In this document: positions 53,387-64,000 of the stretch, one piece after another
How the letters are laid out: each line of letters begins with the position of its first letter
Numbering within the stretch: position 1 is the stretch's first letter
Source: Oculina patagonica
Taxonomy: Eukaryota
Direction: 5' to 3'
Length of the DNA stretch: 64,000 nt
Assembly: GCF_052425735.1 (NCBI RefSeq)
Contig: NC_135771.1
Coordinates: 15,252,001-15,316,000, forward strand
Translations under genes and position numbers: made by a program
The notes under the pieces: generated by a model
Told to the model about the DNA's origin: nothing
Database searches by the model: none
The model's input: only the letters and a program-made list of their open reading frames with translations

Positions 53387-53675
53387 TATGCTGCCTTTGC
53401 AATAACAACTGCAAATGGTTAGATATTCTAGTCTTCTCGGATAAGGACGATAAACTGTAGGCCCCGTCTCCTGCATCTTGATTGTTATGGTCAGCAGGGG
53501 ACGTAAAAGAACCCACACACTTATCGTAAAGAGTAGGGCATGGAGTTCCCGGTGTTGTGGTCTGGTCTTTGCCCATTGTGCCGTTGTACTGTTGAAATGC
53601 TCGGAGATATTAGCTATGTTAAAAGCTAATCTACAATCCGAGGGTAAATAACGTATTCACTTGACACACACTTCA
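53270..53675 (+). mobile_element. tRNA-derived SINE, copy B
   Basis: Duplicate of 31773-32178 with catggc repeats at 53264-53269 and 53676-53681. Confidence 0.85.
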
Positions 53676-54936
53676 CATGGCTCAACCATGCTACGTCTCA
53701 AACTTGTGGAAATCGGCTGGCAGAAACTTTTCTATAAATTGGGTTTTCATTTGAGTAGTATACCTAGTTATTGCATGATCGACACATATTTTTTTTTTGT
53801 TATTAAACAACCCTTATTTAACTTACAACCCTGTTGAATACTTCAATATTTTTTCAGTTAGTTAAGTCCGGGGAGGGCTTGATAATGTAGCAGGAAAGAG
53901 TGGGGCTGATGAAATGAATTTATGGTTATTAATGTGGGATTTCTCTGTATAAATCCCTCTTTTCAAGGATTTATACAGACTAATAAACTGTTCCTGACCA
54001 AATCAAACCCCTTGTCTGGACAAATTTAACTCTACATTTCCAACAATAAAGTTTTTAAAGCAACCTGATACAAAACAATTTAAGCTATAAATACAGCCCA
54101 AACATTTCTTAGGTTTACTTTTCCTAAAATTTTAAGTTTACAACAACGCGCGTCTCGTTCTTAAAAAACACGGCATTCCTAGACGTTTCCTAACAACTTA
54201 TCCGGAATTCTGTTCCGCTGAGAAGCTTTGGCCGCAGCGACCGTAGTTGGTTCAACTTTTCGTAAAATGTCCTTGCTGTTTCTCTATCCACTAACCCTGT
54301 TACTGAGTTACAGATCGAAGGGAACTCTACACGCAGGTTACTATCCACCCAATGTACAGAAGAACCTAGTTTGAATTCTCTAGTTTAGTTACCGCCAACA
54401 TGGATAAAGTGCTATAAAGGTGTTTTTTTTATTTTTATATTTGAATTCTTTTTAGAGTCCCCAATTAACCCACTCGAGCTAAATACGTTGGCACTCAAAA
54501 AATTGTTCTCCATTGACACTACCATGGCAACAAATTTCGACGTCAAAAGCATTGAATACTGTTCACTAATAACTGCTTTATACAGGTTTTCACTAAACGT
54601 TCATGATATAAGTACCATTAGTAGCTGTAATAGAATGCCACACACGCAGGAGAAGTCTAAAGAATTGGAAGTCACCTAAATTTACAATTTACCGATCTTA
54701 TTGCCGGAGATTAAAAATTTCTACTTTCTAATCAGTGTTGTGGCTACGCTGCGCATTTCCTGAAAGTTACAAAACAATAACGTTCCACAGAAAAATCTGA
54801 TCCAGGCCTATTTCGAGTGCGCCCTTTTGAAACACAGACGGTGTCGTTCAAAATTGCACCTTAATAATATATATTTTTTTTATTTCAGTACAAACTATTT
54901 AAATGTCATTGTAGTTTCTGCTGCCGTTTCTCGGTT

Positions 54937-55618
54937 ATGGATGTTCTTGTCGGACTTACAGCCCAACCAGGTTATATAAGCTTCAGGCTCGTAGAAAACC
55001 AGCATCGTTTCGTCCCTTGTTTTGTGAGACTTGTTTATTGCGCTGCCTTCTACGTTTGCTTTGGAGTGTCTTTCATGAACTTAAGCGCTATAAGCTACGA
55101 ACGATTAGTGGCGGTTCGATTGCGAGTTCGGTACAACGCGTATTTCTCTTCTAGCCGTGTTTTGAAGTATACGCTAGGTATATGGACTGTGAACATTTCG
55201 CTAGCCGCTTTACAATGGGCGAAAATTAACTATGTAGCAACAAGCATAAATCACGTCATTTGGCTGATTCAGTGCTACAGGAGTAACTCAGGTGGCTGTG
55301 CTAATCGTTGTGCGAAGAAGTCGACGGCAGGTCCAGGAGCAAATGACAGCTGTGGAAATCGTTAGGAAGCAAAGAGAATTCAAACTTGCTTTGAGCATCT
55401 CAATTATCGTGGCGGTGTATTTAATTTTAAACACTCCTGAAATGTTTGTGACATTTTACCATCAAACGCTAAGATATAACTTGCCAACTTATAGTGTATA
55501 CAGCTGGGCAGAAACATTTGCTTTTCTTAACTCGTGTTCAAACCCTCTTATTCTTTTTTGGAAGAATCAACAGGTTCGGCAAAGAGTCTTTGATCTGTTG
55601 AAAAGAGTAGTGTGCTAG
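54937..55618 (+). pseudogene. Frameshifted copy of the class A GPCR
   Basis: Relative to copy A, lacks 8 bp (ctttttgc) at about 55275 in TM5, which splits it into two ORFs. It is also 3 bp shorter near 55170. Confidence 0.8.
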
Positions 55619-56613
55619 TGAAGATGCAAACGCAATGTGTGTTTTCTTTAGACATTATTTAGATCGAGATTTTTTGCGAACTTTTTACAATTAAAGACAT
55701 CTGCTAGTGGGAATGAAGGCCAGGGTACAAAGATTTCGAAGCTGCTGAATACGCGAGGAGATTTCCCTCAGAAACGTTTTCTTTTCTACCACGGTATTTA
55801 TAAAGCAGAGATCAGTGAACTGAAGACGAAGCCAGTGTGCCTACTTTTTTAATGTTTTGAATATTTATAATAAGGAAAATTTCCCCAAAACTGTTTTTCA
55901 ACCTTTTTAATGCAAATTTAAGTAATTACTACTATGGCTCCACTTTTCTTGTTCTTTTGAAGCTATATATTGCTGTAGCCCGAATTACCATTTTTTAACC
56001 GTTTGATGTTGTAAATGTCAAGAAAAGTGAAATAATACATTCAACGCTCATCACCTGCTATTAAAGTATTATGTGCGTTTTACAACGGATTACATATACT
56101 TTTTAACTCCACGTTTCATCTGGTAAAAATGGCTGGTGTTTGTGCACGTTTGTACTAAAACGCCGGTTTTATAAAAAAAAATTTATTTGGCATTTGTATA
56201 CATAAAACCAGATTCGAATCTTAATTTCCGTTCGCTTTAATGTAAAAAGCACAAGAGAAACTACAAAAAACAAGAAACAGGGGTACGTTATATGCAAACT
56301 TGCACATAAAGGTAAACGACATGCACTGGAAGCTTACATGAACGGTTTATGACTGACATCTACCACGTAATTCTTACAATATCGTTTTAACGTACCAGAT
56401 GGTGTGCGAGGAGCTTGTAATGAGGCCTTTAATAAAGGTGTTCATGACGAGGTGTCAAATAAAAATATTCCCCTATCATGCACTTGATTGCTGGCTTTAC
56501 TTTGCCGAAATGTTTTGACTCACGAGTTTCGATTAGCTGGTAAAAGAACTTCGTGTCATCCATGCATTCTGACTACGTTGGGAGGCCGCCCGATTTTGTT
56601 AATCAACAGTATA

Positions 56614-57106
56614 CCTTATTATAGGAAATTAACGCTTCATGAAATTAACGCGAATCTCAAAAATTCGCGTTAATTTAAGTCGCGTTAATTTTTGTTAACG
56701 TTAATTTCCGGGCCGTTAATTAAGTGGAGCGTTAATTTCCATGACCTTAATTTCCATTATTTTGGCACCAATTTCTCGATACGGTGCAGACGTTCTTGAC
56801 TGCTAGGAAAATGCATTATTTCATCAGGCTGGAAATCTGTTTGTATCACTAAAACTGTGAAAAACGCTCGAGGCGGTCAGATTCCTTTTCTTAATCCCCT
56901 ACGTTTAGGATTATACGCCTAGTGTCGAAATAAACTTGTTTTTCTTTGTGTACGTGGCGTTAATTTCCTTCATTTTGAAATGTTACTCTCTCTTTCGCGT
57001 TAATTTCCTTTATCGGGAAGTGATTTTTCCTTCAATTCGCGTTAATTTAAGTCGCGTTAATTTCAAATACCTTAATTAACACAAGCGTTAATTTCCTATA
57101 ATAAGG
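56614..57106. mobile_element. MITE with TA TSD, present only in copy B
   Basis: TIR ccttattataggaaattaacgctt / aagcgttaatttcctataataagg with TA at 56612-56613 and 57107-57108. Many internal 'gcgttaattt' repeats. Copy A has a single TA at the equivalent site (about 35157). Confidence 0.92.
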
Positions 57107-57108
57107 TA

Positions 57109-60100
57109 ATTAATCGGGCGTGGCCGATTTATAGTTTACCCTTTGGTCGTCCTAGAGCATAGTCTCCTGGCGCGGCCAAAAAGACGGGGATAGCTTGGGG
57201 TTGCTACAAAACCGCTACGGGTGACGCATACCGCAATGGTTTTCATTTTAGTTTTGACAGGAAATCGTTGCAGGCACACTTGGTCGACTTTTGGGTTAAT
57301 GTGTAATCAGGTTGTGTTTTTTTGCTTCGGCGGAAGGACAGAGAAAAAAGCTTACGGGGCAAAGTACAGTATGGGGCCCAGTTCTCGGCCACTTTTGACG
57401 TAAACTTGTATTTCTTACCTCAGAAGAACCGCAGGAACTTGAAATTTCTCCCAGAGCTAGCTATATTATTCAGCTTTTTGGTGTAAAGCTATCGACCGGT
57501 CAAAAATTAATTTGCCCGAGCAATAATAAAAATAAAAGCTCCATTTGTGGGCCCAGTTCTCGACCACCTTGGCCCAGTTCTCGGCCACTAAAAAGCTTGT
57601 GCGTAATTATCTGTAAAAAAAAATGCTCAATTAATTTTCACAGTCATAAAATCACTCTGTAAACCTATTTATGTTATATCGATCCCAAATTATTTTTATG
57701 AGGCTTTGTTTTACTTTAGAAAAGAAGGATTTTAACGCGCCTAGTTACCTATGTGCAGGTTCTAGCAACGCATTGTGTGACCCGTGCATTTAGATGGTTT
57801 ATTTTGCAGTGAAAAGGTCTTGAAAGATTTAGGTGTTGTAGAAATAATAGACAAGACAAGAGTCAGCTCAAAACTTAGAGATAAGATTGAACTTTATTTT
57901 TAAAACATTTATTTCTTTCATTCTGGCAGCAGCAGATAAAATTATATTAAAAACCAAGCGCTAAGCTGTGATAGCGAGCAGGGTGGCCGAGAACTGGCAA
58001 ATACGCAAACGTCGCAAGAAAAACTTTCGAAGTAAATTAAGACCAAAAAATACAACGGTTCAACGAAAAGTTAACTAAAGCAGAAAGCTGAATTATTCTA
58101 CGTTTCACATGTCAAAAATTAGCTCGTATGGTGGGGGCTTTTGGATAAAATACGAATTTAACTACATCCATGAATTTTAAGGAGCCGTAAACAAACAAAT
58201 TTTTCGGGAATGCAAATTCACCTACCTCCGCGTAAACGGTTTCATTTCAGTTTTGACAGTAAATCGTTGTAGGAATACTGGGTCGACTTTTGGGCTAATC
58301 TGCAATCTGGTTCTTTTCTTTGCTTCGGCGGGAGGACAGAGGAAAAAGCTTAAGGGGTAAAGTACTAATAATCACCATTGTGAAACTGTAGTTGCTTTGA
58401 CAAGTTGAAGCTATTTTTGTAAATAAAAGGGGTACAGTCTCGTGCCCAGTTTCCGGCCACTTTAGTTTGTAATCGCTATAACTTCTCATTTATGCATGGA
58501 AAGTTACTGATTTTTTGTTCAAAGACAGTTCATTTACTTACCTTAAAAATGTACAAAAATTGGCAGTGCACGACAAGTATTAAAGAAATTATGCCATTTT
58601 TTGCAGAACTAGTAAGTTGCCCAGTTTCGGCCGTCGAACTAAAACACATTTTTCCCTGAAACCGCTCGACTTAAACCGACTTGTAAGTCCCTTGGCAAAC
58701 GAAAAGAAAGTTTCAATATCAGTTTATTCGAATTTGCTTTCTCGCCTGCCGTTTTATGGAATATTTCCTCGTCAATGACCCGTTACCTTTTCTTTCGCTT
58801 ATTAGGATGCATTGGCAGTGTATACATATAAATGTTGTAGTTTATCACGCTATGCTTGCTTTAGCCGCTTTTTTACTCTTTGCTAGATTTCATTTCATAA
58901 ATTTTTCGAGCAGGAGATACTAAAATTCAGTTATTTCACTTAATAAAAATGCTTTTGAATAATGTGCTACTTGGTGGCCGGAAACTGGCACAGCGAGTCC
59001 AAATCTTTGTTAAAACTCTGACTTCTGAAATTCAGAAACAGCTGAATTCTGGCTTGTGATGACAGAACCCCTAATCACTTTCATCTTTAATCTAAATTCT
59101 GTCAAAAAATTACGAAGCTTCTCGAAAAGTTTCCTACGAAACGAGCTCTTTGTTTATGTACGGTAGCTTTGATGTGCAGTGAAAAGCGCAAAAATTAGTC
59201 GCCTAACGTTTAATCGCGTAAACAAAGCTCGACCTTGCTCGTCCGTTTCTTGACCAAAAAGCCTGCCAGGACCATCAATTTGTAGCGGAAATGTTCCTCT
59301 TTTTGCAGGAAAGCTTCGGTGGACGAAAATAAAGGATAACTACGAAAATAACCGACGAATGTATTTTTTGGCCGGAAACTTGTAACGGCCGGAAACTGGG
59401 CAACAGACTGTAACGTCATTGATGTCACGCAATGTTTTTGTGGGAAACTTTTGAAACTAGACGCTTTGCAGGTTTCTACAAATAGCAGTGTGATCTGGCG
59501 GTACATTTTTTTGAGGCGGACTCCACTTTAAAACTATTTTTTATATATTTAGCAAGAAGTATGTCGATTTTCATTTCCGCACAGTTGGGCGTCAAAGTCG
59601 CCTGTCACAAAGATTAGAATGTTTGCACAACTTGGTTTGGATATATTTTAGATTTGACTAGTGACGTTAGTAAGACACTTCTCAAGACATCAGCAAAACA
59701 TTGGCAGTGTACAGTATTGGTGTGAACTTGAATGAATTTTTTACGAGATCAGTAAAGCTATCGAATAAAAAGATGACTTGAAAATTAAAACTTCGAATAA
59801 TTATAATTAAACACCAATTGAATTTTAGATGAGAAATTCCGGAAGTGACATCTGTGTTTAAAATAGGAATTTTTGTACAACTTAAAGTTCCGAAAAAAAG
59901 ACCACATGTTTGGTAAAAATCACAGACAAACATGATCAGGAAAACAAAACAGGCCAATTGGTTTTATTCACGAAAATACAACTTTCTTGAGAATGAGTTT
60001 GTAAACAAGACAATGAAATCGAATTACATTTCACACGAAATTTGCATACATTTGAACTTGCAAAAAAGAAGTATCTTTGCCGAGACATAATAGCGTCATA

Positions 60101-61953
60101 CCTTACATTAATAATTATTGTATTCTGATCTGATTGTTATTTTTTATGCATAACTATTTGAATGTGGTTTTCATTCACTGCTTGAAGTATTTATAGACGT
60201 GAAAACATTCGCTTAATCAAATTACATTCTGCACGAAATATTTTGTATCCATTTGACCCGAAACTTTGAGGAAATTGAAATCTTTGTTGACAGTACTGCA
60301 TAAACGTAGTTTATAGAATTGAATAAAAAGATAAGAACCATATTGATAAAGGAAATTTTAAAACTTTATTTTGGTTCATTTTGACGAAATTCAGGATTTT
60401 CAAAGACTGCCAGTAAACGGCTGTATGGTAGCGGGCAGAAGTCGGTTCGTTCTGAATTTTTCAATACGGTATACAAGTTACAGGTCAATAAACAGACCCT
60501 CTGTACAGTAAAAAACGTTTTGGGAATAAACCATTGTGAACTCATTTTCTATGTTGATCAGTAAAAATCCTTAGTACGACTTGGGGCTTGTTAAAAAGTT
60601 TGTTAGTACGTTAATACTGCAAGGTGTATAACCTCAGAGAATTATTATCAGTGTGTTTTGTTTTATTAGCGGTTTATACTCCAAGGTCTTGGAATGGGAG
60701 ATCACTGAAAATTAAGGCAAATTTCTGATATTATCTGATTGCTTGGCACAGATTAGTACGATACTTAATTGGTTAGGAAATTTAAACAAACATTAAATTG
60801 AATGAGAGTAGAAAGGGAGGGACAGGTGGGGATGAAAGGCTAAGGAGATGGAAATGGAGGGAGAATTAAAATCCATGCTTGGTTATATCACGCAACCTTT
60901 GACTTCTGTTGTTTTCTCACAAGAACAAAAATTAAGATGGGGTTCTACCTGAATTTGAATGGAACTTTAAGAGATTTAAAGAAGGGATTGAAGAAAAGAA
61001 TGGAAACACCTTCAAACAGTTGACCCCCTCACAAGAGCACTCCGGGTTGTCAGGAGACTGTTTGGTGTCCGTCCACCAATTTTTAACTTCAAATTCAAAT
61101 TTTAAAATCACATTAAATCTTCAATATTTCTTATTTGTTTACATTTTACTAATCCTTTGAGAAAAACTATCGCCTCCCAGACAAATTAACAAAATACTGC
61201 AAAACAAATATATATGGAATAAGTAAAGCTTTTTTGGATTCCTTGAAACGCGGCTGAAATGGTTTTCAGTGTTTTCCAGCCCTCATACTTTGGGTCAGTA
61301 CTACTATTCTTCACCAGTTTCTATTACAGTAATGGTATGAAACAAATACCTAATCATTGGTCAATAAGTTGTGATCATTTTCTTGACAATAGTACCTGAT
61401 TAGGAGTTGTATACTGTTCCATTAAAGTGTAAGGACTGGAAAATACTGAAATGCGTCGGCCACCTAAAGCGTTGGAAAACTTGGTCTTCAGGTAAAACCC
61501 CGCCTTTATTAAAAGGCTGCACTTTGCTAAGTGTTACAAATTTATATTTTCTAGACGTCTAGTTCAATCGTTTATTTGTATTGTGCGAAATATATTTTTA
61601 TAAATTGAGACCATTTATGTCATTAAGTAATAATGCAATCTTGAAAACATTCCAGATTTTCATTATTAAATAGAAACACGAAAAATTCAAATTTGGGAAA
61701 ACAAGCCTGTCAAAATGACGTTGCCATGGTGATTTCAAGTTACTGGCACAATAACTAATCCTACCAAATTATTGCGAGATAAATTTTCGATAAACGCGCA
61801 AAGTTTGGCAGCGTTTGGTTGAATCTTGAAAAAGTTATAAGTGACTGTTTTTGCAGTGATTTTTACTGTACTGTACCCTGCCTTTCAAGTCAAAACAGAT
61901 AGCTAATTATTAAGCGCCCGATTTTAAGCTTCTCAAGCTTCTCAAGCTTCTTG
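57109..61953. mobile_element. About 4.8-kb non-coding composite element (Helentron/DINE-like ends), absent from copy A
   Basis: Inverted motif aatcgggcg (57112-57120) / cgcccgatt (61915-61923), terminus ...aagcttcttgtt, and an internal diverged duplication (about 57230-57366 vs 58230-58365). No long ORF. Confidence 0.55.
58435..59410. mobile_element. TA-flanked Tc1-like non-autonomous element nested in the composite
   Basis: TA-cagtctcgtgcccagtttccggcc ... ggccggaaactgggcaacagactg-TA. A related element with an unclear right end starts at about 57367 (cagtatggggcccagttctcggcc). Confidence 0.8.
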
Positions 61954-64000
61954 TTACTCATTCAAAATTGCCTTTTCCTTTCCAAGCTGTCCTTCTACAT
62001 AATATTTTCGCTATTTTTTTAAAATGGCATAGCGGGTATCTGAAAACACTTCAACTGTTTTCGAAAAAAATAGCTTAGAAAATTTATACGAGATGAATTT
62101 TTTGCCTGCGTGCAGCTGTCTCCTATTTCCTCTCGCGGAAAAGAGACGACCCGTGTGAGGAAATAGGAGACCACTGCAAGCAGGAATGTTGTATTCCAAA
62201 AGAAATCCCAGACTTGGTAAAAAGTAACGTTTAACTCACAAATTTAAATGTGATTTGTAAACATTTGTAAGCATCCAAAAACAATGTTGCTTTTAATCGG
62301 ATGCAACGTTCTTTATCAGAACAACAGAAACGATATACGAGTGTCATTTCTTCAGTGCATGCGCATCTTTTAAGACGCGCACATCACTAATATGTCGTGG
62401 CTAGGCGACAAAACGTGTGCGCTTATTGTAGCTAGTGATAACTTAGATGATGTCGCTTGTTGTTAAAGCCTGGTTCTCATTTGATCGTCCCGATCGTCTC
62501 TGTCGCTTCTGTCGCTTCTGTCGCTTCAAAAAGTTTGCTTGCTCCAATCACCTCAGACTTTGCAAACGACAGAAGCGACAGAGACGATCGGGGCGATCAT
62601 ACGAGAACCAGCCTTAAAGGGTCGACCTCTGTCGTATGCTTTGTGGTCCAGCAACATGCCAACCTGTTATGCGGTTTGTGTACGCGCATGTCCATATGGG
62701 CTGTGGTCGGCCAAAAGGAAATATTTTACGCTCGTTTTATTGAATGAACGTTCAACGATACTCTTCTAAGTCCAAAGTTTTTCCCGTCTTGACCCAAAGT
62801 TTGTTTGGCCAGTCACCTCGAAACGAAACAGTATATTTTTATTTTTACTTTTCACTTAGATTTTGGTGTTATATAGTTTCAACAACAATCTCTTCTTTTC
62901 AAAAGGAAACCAGCGCAAAGCATCTTACCTCATAAACCACCCTGGACAATAAAATTGCCATATTCCTAACTGAAGGCAAGTTAGTAAGTTACCAAATATA
63001 GATAAGCGACTGAAAGAAAAGCACAAACACATCTATTCACAACAGAAGCAAGAGGAAAGAGGAACAGACAGCTTAAAAATGACTTGTTCGACTTTTTTAT
63101 TCGAAAACGTGACAGAGCTCAACATGGCCAGAGCACACAACTGCAATGAAAATACATCAAATCATTTTCTATAGTAATTAGAATACTGCTTACATGTATG
63201 ACTGCTAGCTGCAGTTAATCTCATTGTAAAAATAAAATCGGTCGCTTAGCCTAAAACGTTAAGACTTTCATAAAAAGGAAAACAACCGACAAAAAAGGTA
63301 AACATTCAAATTCTCTCAACTTGTAGGGCGTGATATCGCCACCTGAAGTTAGGGGAGGCCAATAAGGAGACTTAACATGTTGTCAACGCTTTAAACCAAT
63401 TGGATGCTGAGATTGCTTTCGCAGATTTCGCATTTATCGAGAAATACGCTTGCCTGCGGTTTTGAAGACTATTTTGGGTACGTGGGCTGCGTTATAACGC
63501 GTTAAATGTAACGGTAACGAAAGAACGCTTGTTTACACACAGGAGGTTGTCTAAGCACTTAATTCTCAGCTAGAGTAGCTCTGGGCCTCGCCTGAGGCAA
63601 CTTTAGTACATTCCCTTCTCATTTAGCAATACTTAGCGTGCGGCCGTAACTCAGTTAAGGACCAACAATGTAGCCCAGTTAATAATACTTGCATTATCGT
63701 GGCTTTTGCCGTAGTTCATGCTTAAATTTATCAATCACTAAAATGTTTTCTCTCTAGAAATTAATTTGCGGTAAAATCAGTCGGGTCGTTTATTCTTGCA
63801 CATTAATTTTCAGACAGGAAATTAAAGACAATTTAACTTTACCCTTACTGTATTTTTTTACAGTTTTTTCGAAACTTTCCTGAATTTTAAGCTTGTCCGT
63901 ACCACTTATCATCTTGCGCAGAAACTGATATTTTTTAATAGTCTCAACTTTGCATTTGCTTAATAATTCAACTTATAAACCTTGAAGGTACATTTTAGCT

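Larger units (their letters stand above)
45707..64000 (+). repeat. Segmental duplication, copy B (or uncollapsed alternative haplotype)
   Basis: Starts at the first base after the gap with tactcaataataaaaaatgggggg (= 24339). The window ends at sequence equivalent to 37204. Confidence 0.95.

Noticed and set aside
59411-61900. Transposase or captured gene within the B-specific segment
   Set aside because: No ORF of 100 aa or more and no recognisable motif seen; only a translated search could reveal decayed fragments.

Overview
AT-rich animal genomic DNA with GT-AG introns. The repeat families and gene content suggest a cnidarian, probably a stony coral (inference). From left to right: (1) the last 10 coding exons of DMAP1 (+). 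(2) A complete 10-exon C9orf72 orthologue (-, about 474 aa). Its 7.8-kb intron holds a head-to-tail dimer of a Helitron/Helentron-like tandem-repeat element, which is interrupted by a 5'-truncated L1/Tx1-type LINE and a MITE. (3) A gene with three coding exons for a secreted, about 1183-aa, bacterial-type chondroitin ABC lyase (polysaccharide lyase family 8). (4) A tRNA-derived SINE and an N-terminally incomplete class A GPCR. (5) A 7-exon GABA/glycine-receptor-like Cys-loop channel whose pore motif is GER rather than PAR. (6) A 500-N gap, followed by a second copy of 24339-37204 with a second intact lyase, a frameshifted GPCR and about 5.3 kb of extra repeat sequence. The most notable item is the intron-containing, signal-peptide-bearing PL8 chondroitinase, a candidate domesticated horizontal transfer. 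Its two copies differ mainly in the catalytic-domain half of exon 2 and in intron 2. All family assignments come from motif recognition by eye; no searches were run.
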